A DNA stretch of 64,000 bases from Octopus vulgaris (GCA_951406725.2 OX597837.1:34286001-34350000), one strand, 5' to 3'; counted from the stretch's first letter, positions 1 through 14,989 are shown. Numbers and translations: made by a program. Notes: a model not told the origin generated them from the sequence alone.

Positions 1-819
1 TGTCATCGATGCTTCTGTAACTTTGCTTATTTCAAAGTAAGGATCTTGGCTCAGCACAGACCAATTATTCACACACTTATTGCAGTGGTCCTTCAGTTTT
101 TGTAAACCCTGTAAAAGAACACGGAGGGTTGGGCTTCCAACCAGGCTTCTTGTTGGTTTTGAATTGTCATCGATGCTTCAGTAACTTTGCTTATTTCAAA
201 GTAAGGATCTTGGCTCAGCACACCCCAATTATTCACACACTTATTGCAGTGGTCCTTCAGTTTTTGTAAACCCTGTAAAAGAACACGGAGGGTTGGGCTT
301 CCAACCAGGCTTCTTGTTGGTTTTGAATTGTCATCGATGCTTCAGTAACTTTGCTTATTTCAAAGTAAGGATCTTGGCTCAGCACACCCCAATTATTCAC
401 ACACTTATTGCAGTGGTCCTTCAGTTTTTGTAAACCCTGTAAAACAACTCGGAGGGTTGGGCTTCCAACCAGGCTTCTTGTTGGTTTTGAATTGTCATCG
501 ATGCTTCAGTAACTTTGCTTATTTCAAAGTAAGGATCTTGGCTCAGCACAGACCAATTATTCACACACTTATTGCAGTGGTCCTTCAGTTTTTGTAAACC
601 CTGTAAAAGAACACGGAGGGTTGGGCTTCCAACCAGGCTTCTTGTTGGTTTTGAATTGTCATCGATGCTTCAGTAACTTTGCTTATTTCAAAGTAAGGAT
701 CTTGGCTCAGCACAGACCAATTATTCACACACTTATTGCAGTGGTCCTTCAGTTTTTGTAAACCCTGTAAAAGAACACGGAGGGTTGGGCTTCCAACCAG
801 GCTTCTTGTTGGTTTTGAA
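1..819. repeat. Tandem array of five near-identical 164-bp units, running off the window start
   Basis: TGTCATCGATGCTTC recurs at 1, 165, 329, 493 and 657 with only a few substitutions between units; the match stops at about 819. Confidence 0.95.
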
Positions 820-1000
820 GCCATGAACTGTTCAGCACTCCCTCGTATATATAGCTGCGTTTGTGTGTATTTGTCTGTCCACCATAAGGTCGAGTCCTTG
901 CTGTCGCGTGGTAGCTTGTATGCTTTAATGACTGTGAGAGCTATATCAGCGGAACGCATGCTTCTGCAAGGGTCTCTCATACTAGACAGATCAACGTAAA
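657..1000 (-). pseudogene. Fragment of an R2-like (RLE-type) non-LTR retrotransposon ORF, post-RT thumb/linker region
   Basis: The minus ORF MRSADIALTVIKAYKLPRDSK...SLVGSPTLRV resembles, from memory, the 'LD..IR.AV..WLRLP.D' and 'GL.SSP' blocks of R2 elements. It continues into the inverted piece at 1041-1280. Confidence 0.4.
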
Positions 1001-1040
1001 GAGGCTAGACTAAATAACTCTCTCTTCCCGTCTTCCCAGA

Positions 1041-1280
1041 GGTAAAAATAACTGGTCTGTGCTGAGCCAAGATCCTTACCTTGAAATAAGCAAAGTTACT
1101 GAAGCATCGATGACAATTCAAAACCAACAAGAATTGGTAAAGGAAAAGATGGCTCAGAGACGAGAAGAGTGGAGAAAAGCCGTCGACGGACAATGCTTCA
1201 TATGGAACGAAGCTGCTTAAGTAATAATGGTTTCTAAGCCCAATTTCAGCTAAAATACCTACACATGCAAAAATAGGTAA
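1041..1280 (+). pseudogene. Inverted continuation of the same R2-like ORF fragment
   Basis: 1047-1133 is the reverse complement of part of the 164-bp unit (2 mismatches). It reads NNWSVLSQDPYLEISKVTEASMTIQNQQELVKEKMAQRREEWRKAVDGQCFIWNEAA* (stop 1218-1220). WRKAVDG resembles the R2 'L..SVDG' linker motif. Confidence 0.45.
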
Positions 1281-1370
1281 CACAATAACCGAAAGTCATT
1301 TCCTTAATATTCTTCTCTGCTTCCATTGCTCTCTGCACTCCCAGCAATTCAATACAGATACACTAGTAAT

Positions 1371-1437
1371 CTATCGAAATTTTCGTTGCGTCTTGCAACC
1401 TTTTCAATAGTTTTCAAGACGCAACGAAAATTTTAGG
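1371..1437. mobile_element. Short inverted repeat containing a hammerhead-like motif with a U3-A8 core (minus strand)
   Basis: The minus strand reads cta-TTGAAAA-ggttgc aagac gcaac-GAAAATTT. The right arm caagacgcaacGAAAATTTtagg is the inverted copy. Confidence 0.45.
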
Positions 1438-1832
1438 AAAATAAAAATAAGAAATAAGGGGAAATTTTACCGGTGGGTGTGTTACATTATAAGGCACAAA
1501 AATAAAATGACTCTCCCCAGACACAATAGAATATGCTTCAACACACGAACTCACATAAAGACTCTTGCGAATCAAATCCCTGAAACAGCTGTAAGACTTC
1601 AAATTCATCTTCCCTAATTAAATTATTCTAAATATGACTTGAGACACTCGTTCTGCCTTGGTTTTGACTTATCCAATCATATAATATATTCCTGCTATAA
1701 CGGAACCCGAACACGGATCCCTACATTCAGTCTTGGTTGTGAACTTGGAACCAAAGGGTCGACCTACTATAGCCTTTACCTAGCGTACCAATTCGTTTAG
1801 TTCAAAAGTGAGCTAAATTCCTCATATTCTTT

Positions 1833-2217
<385 letters not shown>

Positions 2218-2569
2218 ACTCAAATTTCCAGACACTATACACACATACGTTTAGTCATAGCAAAAGCATGCTTCTATGGAAGTAACTGCACCCGGAAATA
2301 TAATATACAGGAAACTTGGAGCGATCATTGCACGCTAACCTCGAAAGTTATCAACCCTTGACACACTCTCCGTTGCCGTTCATCATTCTTCTTTTTTTTT
2401 TTATTACCTCCCCCATTCTCTTTCATGCTCTCCCTCCCACTTTTATATCTGGCTAATATTCTCTCTCTAAATGCCTCATCCTGAAACTCTTTAACATTTA
2501 TTCTCCCTCGTACATCGACATATACATATATATACGCACAAGTACACACAGGGGCAATTTCACACATGA

Positions 2570-3990
<1,421 letters not shown>

Positions 3991-4609
3991 AAATGAAAAA
4001 GAAACTCCGCCATATCGTGACTAGAACGTGCTGTGAAAGAAGAGGAAGAAGAAAACGAAGAAAGCATGAAAGAAAGAAAGGAAAAAAAAGAGAGAAGGAA
4101 AGAACGGAAGAAAGGAAGAACTAAAGAATGAGAGAAAGAAAGGAAAACGAATGACAGAATGAATGAATAAAATAAAGGGTAAAAAAAATTGAAAGACAGC
4201 CACCAATATAAAAAGTGAAATATTTCGATTAGTTTGAGGAAAATAAAAGAATGAACGGGGCAAGATGTCGGAGAAGAGGTTTAGTGAAAGGGGAATATTG
4301 GGGAGAGCAAGAAGAAAATAGGAAATAGGCAGTGGCTGTGTGTGTGTGTGTGTGTTTTGTGTAAAAATATATGTACCCTCCACCTCCACCATCGACTACT
4401 ACCAACTTAGTGTTATTTTTGTTGTGCTGTTTGTGTTTCTGCTACACACACACACACACATGTATGGATGTATATATTTGTAAGGATACGCATGCATATA
4501 TACACCCGTATATTAATACGTGAATATATATATATATTTATAATAAGAGTAGATCGTATACGAGTGGGTATATATTTGTAAAAAAGAAGTTTGAAAACGC
4601 TACTATATT

Positions 4610-4672
<63 letters not shown>

Positions 4673-4708
4673 AACCCGCGCGCGCAGACACATTTACCTA
4701 TATGTATA

Positions 4709-4743
<35 letters not shown>

Positions 4744-5042
4744 ATGTATGTATGTATGTATGTATGTATGTATTTGTGTATGTATGTATGTATGTATGTA
4801 TGTATGTATGTATGTGTGTATGTATATATGTATGTATGTGTGTGTGTGTATGTATGTATGTTTGTATGTATGTATGTATGTATGTATGTATGTATGTATG
4901 TATGTATGTATGTATGTATGTATGTATGTATGTATGTATGCATGTATGTATATATGTATATATGTATGTATGTATGTATGTATGCATGTGTGTATGTATG
5001 CATGTATGTATATATGTATATATGTATGTATGTATGTGTGTA
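4610..5042. repeat. (TA)n and (TATG)n microsatellites
   Basis: Directly visible. Confidence 0.97.
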
Positions 5043-5324
5043 CAATTTAATTTTTCTCGTTTTGCTCCTTATTTCTCTATTTTCATTCGAAAATGGCGGA
5101 TGGCAGTGTTAGGGGAAAAAAGAGAAAGAGAAATACAGACAGACCAATAAATAGAGGAAGAGAGAGAGAAAGAGAGTGAGTGGGTAGAAGAGAGAGAGAA
5201 CGGGTGAGAGAGAGAGAGAGAGACGGAGAGATAAATATAGAGAGGAGGAAGTGACAGACAGGCAAAAGATAGCGGGAGGGAGACAGATAGAAAGAGAGAG
5301 CGAGAAAGAAATATAGAGAGGGGA

Positions 5325-5632
5325 GAGAAACAAATAGAGAGAGAAAGACAAATAGAGAGAGTGGGACAAATAGAGGGAGAGACAAATAGAGAGAGTGGGA
5401 CAAATAGAAAGAGAAAGACAAATAGAGAGGGAAAGACAAATAGAGAGAGAGAAAGACAAATAGAGAGAGTGGGACAAATAACGAGAAAGACAAATAGAGA
5501 GAGTGAGACAAATAGAGAGAGTGAGACAAATAGAGAGAGTGAGACAAATAGAGAGAGTGGAACAAATAGAAAGAGTGGGACAAATAGAGAGAGTGGGACA
5601 AATAGAGAGAAAGACAAATAGAGAGACAAATA
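5325..5632. repeat. About 18-bp purine-rich minisatellite (GACAAATAGAGAGAGTGR-like)
   Basis: ACAAATAGA recurs at roughly 16-20 bp spacing more than a dozen times. Confidence 0.9.
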
Positions 5633-6424
5633 ATGTGAGAGAGAAGGGGGGTGAAGCGGGGCTGGTTGGGAATGGCTGTGATGTATTTCTTTAGCATTTA
5701 CCAACTTTTGTCACGGTATGGAGTAACTGTGTTGATAATTGGAAAATCTACAGGAACAGAGAGAACTTTCGAGAACGAAATATTCAATTTCCTGCGAAAG
5801 AGCGAACGAGAGAGAGAGAGAGAGAGAAGGTGGAGGGACGGGAGAGAGAGAGAAGGTGGAGTGACGGGAGAAAAAAGAACGAGAATAAAAGTAAATACAA
5901 ATAAATTAACAAAAAGATGGAAAGAAGAAGACTCCATTTTGTCGATTCCACTTTTTACATCTACCCCCATCACTTCTTTTTTTTTTTTTCTTTCATTGTC
6001 TTCTTAACTTTCCTTTTTTTTTTATAGCGAAACCTCTTCGTGGTTGGCCCACTTGCTAGAAATAGCAACCAAATCTTCCTCAAATCAGTATCTCACTATT
6101 TTAAAAAGTGGTGGCACACATTGGGTTATGTAGTCTTGGGAGCACACTGTCTGGAGAGAAGGGGAAAAAAATGGAAAAAAAAGACGGGGTGGTCACGAAT
6201 GGAACGCTTTTTTAAATCATAGGGTTCTGCTTAGTTAACGCTACCCTTGGCTAAACTCTGTCACCACCACGACCACCACCATCATCAACAACAACAACAA
6301 CAACAACAGTAAATCGTTTATTTACTGGTTTCAATCATTCAGCTGTGGCCATGATGGGGCAGTGTCATTTATGATATACTGGCACGTTATCAATATCGGA
6401 AGTATGAAAGAGAAAGTAGACATA

Positions 6425-6588
6425 GGCGCTGGTGTGGCTGTGTGGTAAGAAGCTTGCTTCCCAACCACATGGTCCCGGGTTCAATCCCACAGCGTGGTGG
6501 CACCTTGGACTGGTGTCTTCTACTGTAGCCCAGGGCCGATCAAAGTCTTGTGAGTGGATTTGGTTGGCGGAAACTGAATGAATCTCAT

Positions 6589-6632
<44 letters not shown>

Positions 6633-6835
6633 TGTGTATCTGAGTGTGTGTGCCTTTGTATCTATGTCTGCTCTTGACAACAGGTGCTGGTGTGTTTATG
6701 TCCCCGTAACTTAGCGGTTCGGCAAAAACCGAAAGAATAGGTAGCAGGCTGTAAAAAAAGAAAAAGAAGTATTGGGGGCGGTGCCCCAGCATGGCCGCAG
6801 TCTTATGACTAAGACAAGTAAGAGACAAGAAATGA
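6425..6835 (+). mobile_element. tRNA-headed SINE family A, diverged copy
   Basis: A-box-like TGGCTGTGTGG, B-box GGTTCAATCCC, internal (TG)n and 3' CAGCATGGCCGCAGTC tail shared with other copies. Confidence 0.85.
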
Positions 6836-7194
6836 AGATCGACCAGAGCAGGGTTTGAACCCAAAACGAAAAGAAAGGGGCGTGAGCAAATAAAACAAAG
6901 TATTTGTGTTTCGACTCTTCCATCATTGGACTGTGCGTGGTCATGCTGGAGCATCACATCATACATTGACCACGGCTGCGACTCCAACGTTTATGTCCAT
7001 CGCAAAGCGGATTTGGGCGGGATTCGAACTCAGAACTCAAAAAGACGGACATTATTAAATACCACAAATATTTAGTCTGCCGCTCTACCGATTCTACCAA
7101 TCAAAAATTTTCAATTATTAAACTGGCCATGCTGGAGCATTGATGACCTCTGGCTTATGGTCGTTGACATCATCACCAGTGTTTATTATTGTAA

Positions 7195-8390
7195 GACTAG
7201 CAAAATCGATAGAGCATCCGATAAAATGTCTTGTCTTATATAATCCGGCTCTTTACGTTCCGAGTTCAAATCCTACCCAAATCAACTTTGCCTTTCATCC
7301 TTCCGCGGTCGATAAAATATACCACCACCTCCCTCAAAATTCCCAGCTTTTAGCTTAAATGAGAAATCCTTATTGTTGGATTGGCAGAATCGCTAGAACA
7401 TCAGACAAAATGCCATGCGGGTTCTGAGTTCAAAATTCGCCGAAAATCAACTTCGACTTTCTTCGATCCGGGGTTGATAGGATTGAAATACCAGTTAAAT
7501 GCTGGGGTCTATAGTATGGATTAAACACTCCCCTTAGATTTTTCTGACATTTTGCCTAAATTAAGAACCATAATCATTGAATTGGCGGAATCGTTGGAGC
7601 GTCGGTAAAAATGCTCTGCGGCAAATCATCTGAATTTTTACATTCTGAGATCGAATCTTGCGCAGGTCAACGTTGTTGCTATCCCTCGGGATCTGTGAAA
7701 TATAGAACCAGCCTGGTACAGGGGATGATACTACCAACTAACCCCTCCCCTCAAAGTTGGTGACCTTCTGCCTCAAGAAGAAACTATTGTTGATGGAGTG
7801 GCAGAATCGAACGTTGGATAAGATACCTGGTGGTGTTTCTTGTGGCCCAAAAAGGACGAGGAGGGAGAGAACAAGGGAAAAAAATGGAAACCCTGTTGTG
7901 ACAAGTGATGTATAAGGAGATATTATCAATCTTGCCGATTAAAGATTAACGATTAAAGATTGAAGATCCCTTCCGGGCCATTTTTACATTCTCTGTTCAA
8001 ATCCAGCTGAGGTCACCTTTGCTTTTATTCAATCTCTCTTTTCGCTACCTTCAGATTGGATGAAAATAATGTACTGGTCAAGTAGTGGTCGATCGTATCG
8101 ACTAGCCCTTCCCCTCACAAGTTGATGGCCTTGTGCCTAAGTCATTGGGAGAATCGTTAGAGCATTGGGCAAGGTGCCCTACGCTATTCATTCCGGCCAA
8201 AATGAAAGAGAAGGGAGTAATTAAGGGGAAGATGGAAGCCTACTGTGATAAGCGATATATAACGATATCTAGTAGTCTGATTGATTAAAGATTAAAGATT
8301 AAAGATTGCTTCTGGTTACTTACATTCTGAACTCAAACTCAACTCCACCGAGGCCCACTTTGCTTTCGTACCCCTACCCACTGTCCCCTG
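7195..8390 (+). mobile_element. Head-to-tail run of about six degenerate SINE family B copies
   Basis: The TGGCAGAATCGTTAG-like head recurs near 7198, 7382, 7583, 7799 and 8146. The GTTCAAAT...CTTTGCCTTTCATCC-like body recurs near 7264, 7428, 7995 and 8330. Confidence 0.75.
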
Positions 8391-8543
8391 GCTCCCTCTC
8401 CACCTTTCCCCCTCGCCCTCGTCCCCTCGCCCTCGCCCCTCACCCCGCCCCTCGCTCCCGCCCCTCGCTCCCGCCCCTTGCCTCTGCCCCTCGTTCCCGC
8501 CCCTCGTCCCCGCCCCATCGCCCCACCCATCTGTTTGATGAAA

Positions 8544-8855
8544 GGCGGCGAGCTGGCAGAAACGTTAGCGCGCCGGGCGAAATGCTTAGCAGTATTTCGT
8601 CTGCCGCTGCGTTCAAATTCCGCCGAGGTTGACTTTGCCTTTCATCCTTTCGGGGTCGATAAATAAAGTACCAGTTACGCACTGGGGTCGATGTAATCGA
8701 CTTAATACCTATGTCTGTCCTTGTTTGTCCCCTCCATGTTTAGCCCCTTGTGGGTAATACAGAAATAGGTTTGATAAAATAAAGTACAAGTCAAGTACAA
8801 GTCAATCTAACTCCTTCCCTCAAAATTGTTAGCTTTGTATCTTAATAAGAAATAA
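8544..8855 (+). mobile_element. SINE family B, well-preserved copy (probable Meta/MESC-type central domain)
   Basis: GGCGGCGAGCTGGCAGAAACGTTAGC head, GTTCAAATTCC B-box and GACTTTGCCTTTCATCCTTTCGGGGTCGATAAA core; near-identical to 14623-14857. The domain assignment is from memory. Confidence 0.85.
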
Positions 8856-8858
8856 TTC

Positions 8859-9013
<155 letters not shown>

Positions 9014-9255
9014 GCTGCTGGTCAGCCACGATCACATGGATTCAAGAGAAAAAAAAACAGAGTCAAAGGCGTTCTTTCGATGAGACGTTTGTCAATTTAT
9101 CTTTATCTTAAAGACGTCGGCGATGACGAACTTGGCAGAGTCGTAAGAGAGCTGTAACAAATACCGCGAAATATTTGGTCCAGTTTTCTGCGCCACGAGT
9201 TCGATTTCTTGCATATGATTAAGTGCAGACACACACACAAATACATGCATACATC

Positions 9256-9640
9256 GGAAGCACTCCGTCGGTTACGACGATGAGGGTTCCGGTTGATCCG
9301 AATCAACGGAACAGCCTGCTCGTGAAATTAACGTGTAAGTGGCTGAGCACTCCACAGACACGTGTACCCTTAACGTAGTTCTCGGGGATATTCAGCGTGA
9401 CACAGAGAGTGACAAGGCCGGCCCTTTGAAATACAGGTACAACAAAAACAGAAAGTAAGAGTGAGAGAAAGTTGTGGTGAAAGAGTACAGCAGGGATCAC
9501 CACCATCCCCTGCCGGAGCCTCGTGGAGCTTTTTAGGTGTTTTCGCTCAATAAACACTCACAACGCCCGGTCTGGGAATCGAAACCGCGATCCTATGACC
9601 GCGAGTCCGCTGCCCTAACCACTGGGCCATTGCGCCTCCA
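9256..9640 (-). mobile_element. tRNA-headed SINE family C
   Basis: Minus head GGAGGCGCAATGGCCCAGTGGTTAGGG...GGTTTCGATTCCC (A and B boxes); body shared with 13389-13706 and partly with 61425-61655. Confidence 0.85.
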
Positions 9641-9851
9641 TATAAATATATACATACAGATAGATGAAACAGGGACAACTCATGAAGGGAAATGTTCTTT
9701 ATGTTGCATGTCCCGTTTCTCTGGGGGGTTTTTCCGTTGTTCGAAAAAAGGGTCGTTTTCTGTTTTTGTTTTTATGTTTTCGTTTTCTTATTGTGTCTGC
9801 GTTTTTTGATGTCCTGTACCCATATATGAATGTATATATATACATATATAT

Positions 9852-10279
9852 GCACAGGAGTGGCTGTGTGGTAAGTAGCTTGCTAACCAACCACATGGTT
9901 CCGGGTTCAGTCCCACTGCGTGGCATCTTGGGCAAGTGTCTTCTGCTATAGCCCCGGGCCGACCAATGCCTTGTGAGTGGATTTGGTAGACGGAAACTGA
10001 AAGAAGCCCGTCGTATATATGTATATATATATATATATATATATGTGCGTGTATGTTTGTGTGTCTGTGTCTGTCCCCCTAGCATTGTTTGACAACCGAT
10101 GCTGGTGTGTTTACGTCCCCGTCACTTAGCGGTTCGGCAAAAGAGACCGATAGAATAAGTACTGGGCTTACAAAAGAATAAGTCCCGGGGTCGAGTTGCT
10201 CGATTAAAGGCGGTGCTCCAGCATGGCCGCAGTCAAAGGACTGAAACAAGTAAAAGAGTAAAAGAGTAAAGAGTAAAGA
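9852..10279 (+). mobile_element. SINE family A, full length
   Basis: A box, B box GGTTCAGTCCC, internal microsatellite and (GTAAAAGA)n tail. Confidence 0.92.
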
Positions 10280-10539
10280 TATATATATATATATGTATGG
10301 ATATCCTCCTTCCCCACCGCATTATTTCTCAACTTGTTCGCCTCTCCCTATCTCTGCTACTCTCTTTGTATCTCTGTCCCCTCGGCCGCTCTCCCCATCT
10401 TCTCTCTCTCTCTCACTCCCTCTCTTTCTCTCTCATCTTACACTCTTCTTCATCCTCCTTCTCCACCTCTTTATTTCCCTTTCTTCTTCCCTCCCTGACC
10501 TCATCTCTCCCTCCTTTCTACTTCTGGTTTACAAATCTC

Positions 10540-10582
<43 letters not shown>

Positions 10583-10919
10583 ATCTGTCTGTTTGTCTGT
10601 CTGTCTGTCTGTCCCCCCCTCTCTCTGTCTCTCATTCTCCTCTACCCACTGCATCTCTCCTCCCACCACAGCCACCATCATCACCAACACCATAACCACT
10701 GCAGCCGCCATCACCAACGACAATAGCAACATCCACCACCGCTACCATCACTCCCACCACCACATCACCGCCACCGCAGCGTTGCATCTGTCGATATATT
10801 TTAATATATTCAACAGGTGTCATAGTTGACATTCTCAGCAGGAAGTGAACCCATTGTCTGTAATAATGATATTAAAAAATAATAACAGCAACAACGACGA
10901 CAACAACAACAACAACAGA

Positions 10920-11002
<83 letters not shown>

Positions 11003-11231
11003 TGATGATGATAATAATAATAACGACGACAACAACAAAGCAAAACCTTTGAACCATCATTGCAGGCCACACACAGACATTTTTCTATAACCCAACTTTT
11101 AAACTCTATCACGATATACACCCCCCCCATACACACACACACACGTACGTGTACGCGCACATACACTCACACATACACACACACTGATATGGATATGTCT
11201 ATATGTATATGTATATATCTCTATCTGTCTG

Positions 11232-11344
<113 letters not shown>

Positions 11345-12078
11345 GAAACGGAGAATATGTGTATAGGGTAATCAATTTATCATCACAGTCCAGTGAAATT
11401 AATAAGTTCATTCATATTGCCTCCGCTGCGTTTCGGCTGATTGCTATCATTCATATTTAGGCCTTTAAATTTGAAGGTGAAAATTGTGAAGCATTATGAA
11501 GTTGAAAAAAAGGCAGAAAGCGTCCTCAAGGCATCATTGTTTTTCACATTCTAACGGATGGAGAGTTATTTAGTCTGTTTGAATTGTAGCATGGGCGTCT
11601 GAGATTCCGCAGGTGACTCATTTTATCGTTGATTTTCTCGCTATTTTGGTCATTTAATGATTCATTTTTGTTTTCTTTACTCCTATTGTAGTAGACATCA
11701 TTTGGTACTTTAGCATTCTGTGCAGCAATGGTTTGTGCTGTGTTTTTGGTATGTAAAAACCGGCCCTCAATTTGTCTTTACTTAGTGCAATGTAATGTTC
11801 GACATTCTGTATAAAAATGTCCTCATCTGCGGAATCCAAGACACACACGCTACGATTCAATCAGAATAAACTCTCCATCCTTTAGGATGTGAAAAATATC
11901 AGTCAATTATGTCCTGAGGAGACTTCTTGCTTTTTTCAACTTTATAATACACCATAAAAGTGCAAATAAGAATGACAACAATCAGCCGAAACGCAGTGTA
12001 GGCAATATGATTCAACTTATTAATTAGACTGGACTATGATAATAAATTGATTACTCTATGTATGTATTCTCCGTTTTC
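11345..12078. mobile_element. Long imperfect palindrome (about 280-bp arms), Penelope-type inverted terminal structure with a hammerhead motif in each arm
   Basis: GAAACGGAGAATA...GATTCCGCAGGTGA (11345-11616) is the diverged reverse complement of TCATCTGCGGAATC...TATTCTCCGTTT (11823-12076). Confidence 0.8.
11908..12007 (+). ncRNA. Type I hammerhead ribozyme motif, long stem II region
   Basis: tgtc-CTGAGGA(11914-11920)...GAAA(11988-11991)-CGCAGT-GTA(11998-12000)-ggca; stem II closure is poor. Confidence 0.5.
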
Positions 12079-12429
12079 TTTGAATTTTAAAACTTCTTTC
12101 TCCTACAACGAAAATAATGGAAATCTCCATAGCGACAACTGGAATTTCAGAGGTGTAAAGTACTAATATTGAAGAAGAACCAACGATAAACACTTGTACA
12201 TATACACATGAAAATTTTCCATATACTCATAAAAATGTTATCATAAAAATGAAGCTTATTATGGTAATAATATCACAATGGTAATAATATCACAATGGTA
12301 ATAATGGTATTGAAATAAAAAGAAAATTGAAATATAAATCATATAAAAGATATTGTTATCGAAATTGTAAAGTATCATAACACTGAAATATCTATACTAT
12401 AATGGAGAAAACGTCTTATTAAATAGTTG

Positions 12430-12641
12430 GGTGATGGGGTGGCAGAATCGTTAGCACGCCGGAAAAGATGCTTCGTGGCATATCTTCCGACTTTACATTC
12501 TGAGTTCAAATGCCATCGTGGTCGACTCTGTCTTTTATCTTTTCGGGGTCGGTACAATAAATACTAGTCGAGCACTGGAGTCGATGGAATCGACTTACCT
12601 CTTCCATCGCAATTGCTGACCTTGTGTGATATTTGAAACCA
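12430..12641 (+). mobile_element. SINE family B, diverged
   Basis: GGCAGAATCGTTAGCACGCCGG head, GAGTTCAAAT B-box and TTTCGGGGTCG core. Confidence 0.8.
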
Positions 12642-13388
12642 GTTACCTGGAAATATGCACCTTTTACTAAAACAAAAGTAATTATGGAAGTTTTCATTGT
12701 TCAGAATATTTGTGAAAAGAGAAATTTCAATATATTTTTATCAAAATGTGGTTTATAACCTTTTGCTGCAAAATGATTAATTTTAATTAAACTACAAGCG
12801 TTTTCGAAAACCTTAACTGCAAGATAATATTTCTTAACGTCTTACAATCTTTTCTCCTAGTCTTTCCGACAGTTCATTCCCCTGCTTTAACCTCTGCTGT
12901 TTGTGTTATCGTGGCTGATATAATCTAAAAAAAAGAGAACATTTTCATCTCTGTACATTTGTAGTTTATATAAGGTTGTTAAAACTAAAATGTACAAATA
13001 TATGAGCCAATGGAGAAAAAAAAATCTAGTCATAGTAGAGCCAAGAGAATGTTTTTGATTATTATTTTTTCCCAGTATATCCCCAAACATTTTTATAATG
13101 TTTTTAAAACAAACAAGCATCAAAGATACCAAGTTTGAAATTTTTTAGAAATAAAAACAATTTTTTTAATAACAAATAAGCGATCGAAATATATATTATA
13201 CAAAACAAAACATTTTAATACACAAACACGTTAAATACAAACGAAGTATGTTTATATACAAAACAAAATATATTCATATACAATTATTGTACAAAAAATA
13301 TATAGAATTTAAAATGCAACTTTTTCAACTTTAGCCAACAAATCGGACGCTGAAAGTCTTTCTCTGTCATTTACAGACATATAAAACT

Positions 13389-13706
13389 GGTACTCCGTCG
13401 CTTACGACGATGAGAGTTCCAACTGATTCGATCAACAGAACAGCCTGCAAGTGAAATTAACATGCCAGTGGCTGAGCACTCCACAGACATGTGTACCCTT
13501 AACGTAGTTCTCAGGGAGATTCAGTGTGACACGGAATGTGACACGGTCGGCCTTTTTAAATTACAGGTACTATTTATTTTTGCCAGCTGAGTGGACTGGA
13601 GCAACGTGAAATAAAGTGTCTTGCTCAAGGACACAATGCACCGCTGGGAATCGAACTCATGACCTTACGATTGTGAGCCGACTTCCCTAACCACTAAGCC
13701 ACGCAT
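13389..13706 (-). mobile_element. SINE family C-related copy
   Basis: Shares the GTGGCTGAGCACTCCACAGAC..GTACCCTTAACGTAGTTCTC block with 9256-9640; tRNA-like head with GAGTTCGATTCCC on the minus strand. Confidence 0.82.
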
Positions 13707-13824
13707 ACAAACACAAAGAACACACAACCATTTTACCCGGCGCGCGAACGATTCTGTCAGCTCGCAGAACTTCCGAAACAGTATTGATAGGCAACTGACA
13801 ATAATTCGCAATTGACAAATAGTC

Positions 13825-13996
13825 TCGTGTGGTACTAAGCTTGCTTCCAGCCTCATGGTTCCGGGTTCAGTCCCATTGCGTGGCACCTTGGGCAAGTGTC
13901 TTCTACCATAGCCTCGGGCCGATCAAAGCCTTGTGAGTAGATTTGGTAGACAGAAACTGAAAGAAGCCCGTCGTATACATATACATACATACATAC

Positions 13997-14093
<97 letters not shown>

Positions 14094-14270
14094 TGTGGGT
14101 GTCTGTGTTTGTCGCTCGGCCATCACTTGACAACCGCTGTTGGTGTGTTCATGTCCCTGAAACATAGCGGTTAGGCAAAAAGGCCGATAGAATAAGTACT
14201 AGGCTTACAAAGGCGGTGCTCCAGCATGACCGCAGTCAAATGACTGAAACAAGTGAAAGAATAAATAAGA
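13825..14270 (+). mobile_element. SINE family A
   Basis: B box, CCTTGGGCAAGTGTCTTC, internal (TG)n and 3' tail. Confidence 0.88.
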
Positions 14271-14478
14271 AAGAAAATTCAAAAACGAAAAATAATAAAA
14301 TAGTGTTTGCTGATTGGAGACTAAGGCTTCACTTTTGACCTTCGACCTGTGACCTTCGACAGGGCGAAAGGTTACAGGCTGGAAAGCTAACAGCGTATAA
14401 AAGAGAAGACAGTAGCGAGATAAATAAATATTCAAAATTCCACGTGTTCGGCGTTCCTTGGAGAGGAGAGTCCTCTGT

Positions 14479-14577
<99 letters not shown>

Positions 14578-14622
14578 TTTATTCAGTTTTATTTCGAGAT
14601 TTCTTGCCAATAGAGAAAGAAA

Positions 14623-14857
14623 GGGCGACGAGCTGGCAGAAACGTTAGCACACCGGGCGAAATGCTTTGCGGTACTTCGTCTGCCGTTACGTAGTGAGTT
14701 CAAATTCCGCCGAGGTCGACTTTGCCTTTCATCCTTTCGGGGTCGATAAATAAAGTACCAGTTACGCACTGGGATCGATGTAATCGACATAATACCTAGG
14801 TCTGTCCTTGTTTGTCCCCTCTGTGTTTAGCCCCTTGTGGGTAAAAAAGAATTAGGT
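14623..14857 (+). mobile_element. SINE family B
   Basis: Near-identical to 8544-8770. Confidence 0.88.
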
Positions 14858-14947
14858 TCCTAACCAAGCTCCAAGGTTCCTTCATTGGAATTTCAACATC
14901 AATAACAGGGTTTTTTTTTGTTTGTATGTATGTATGAAAGTAAAAGA

Positions 14948-14986
<39 letters not shown>

Positions 14987-14989
14987 ATA

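Noticed and set aside
1-819. Regular repeat array resembling CRISPR
   Set aside because: Whole 164-bp units are repeated with no unique spacers, no cas genes are present, and the context is eukaryotic.
9570-9640. tRNA-like sequences with A and B boxes (here and at every SINE head)
   Set aside because: They continue directly into SINE bodies and lack a complete cloverleaf and terminator, so they are not called tRNA genes.
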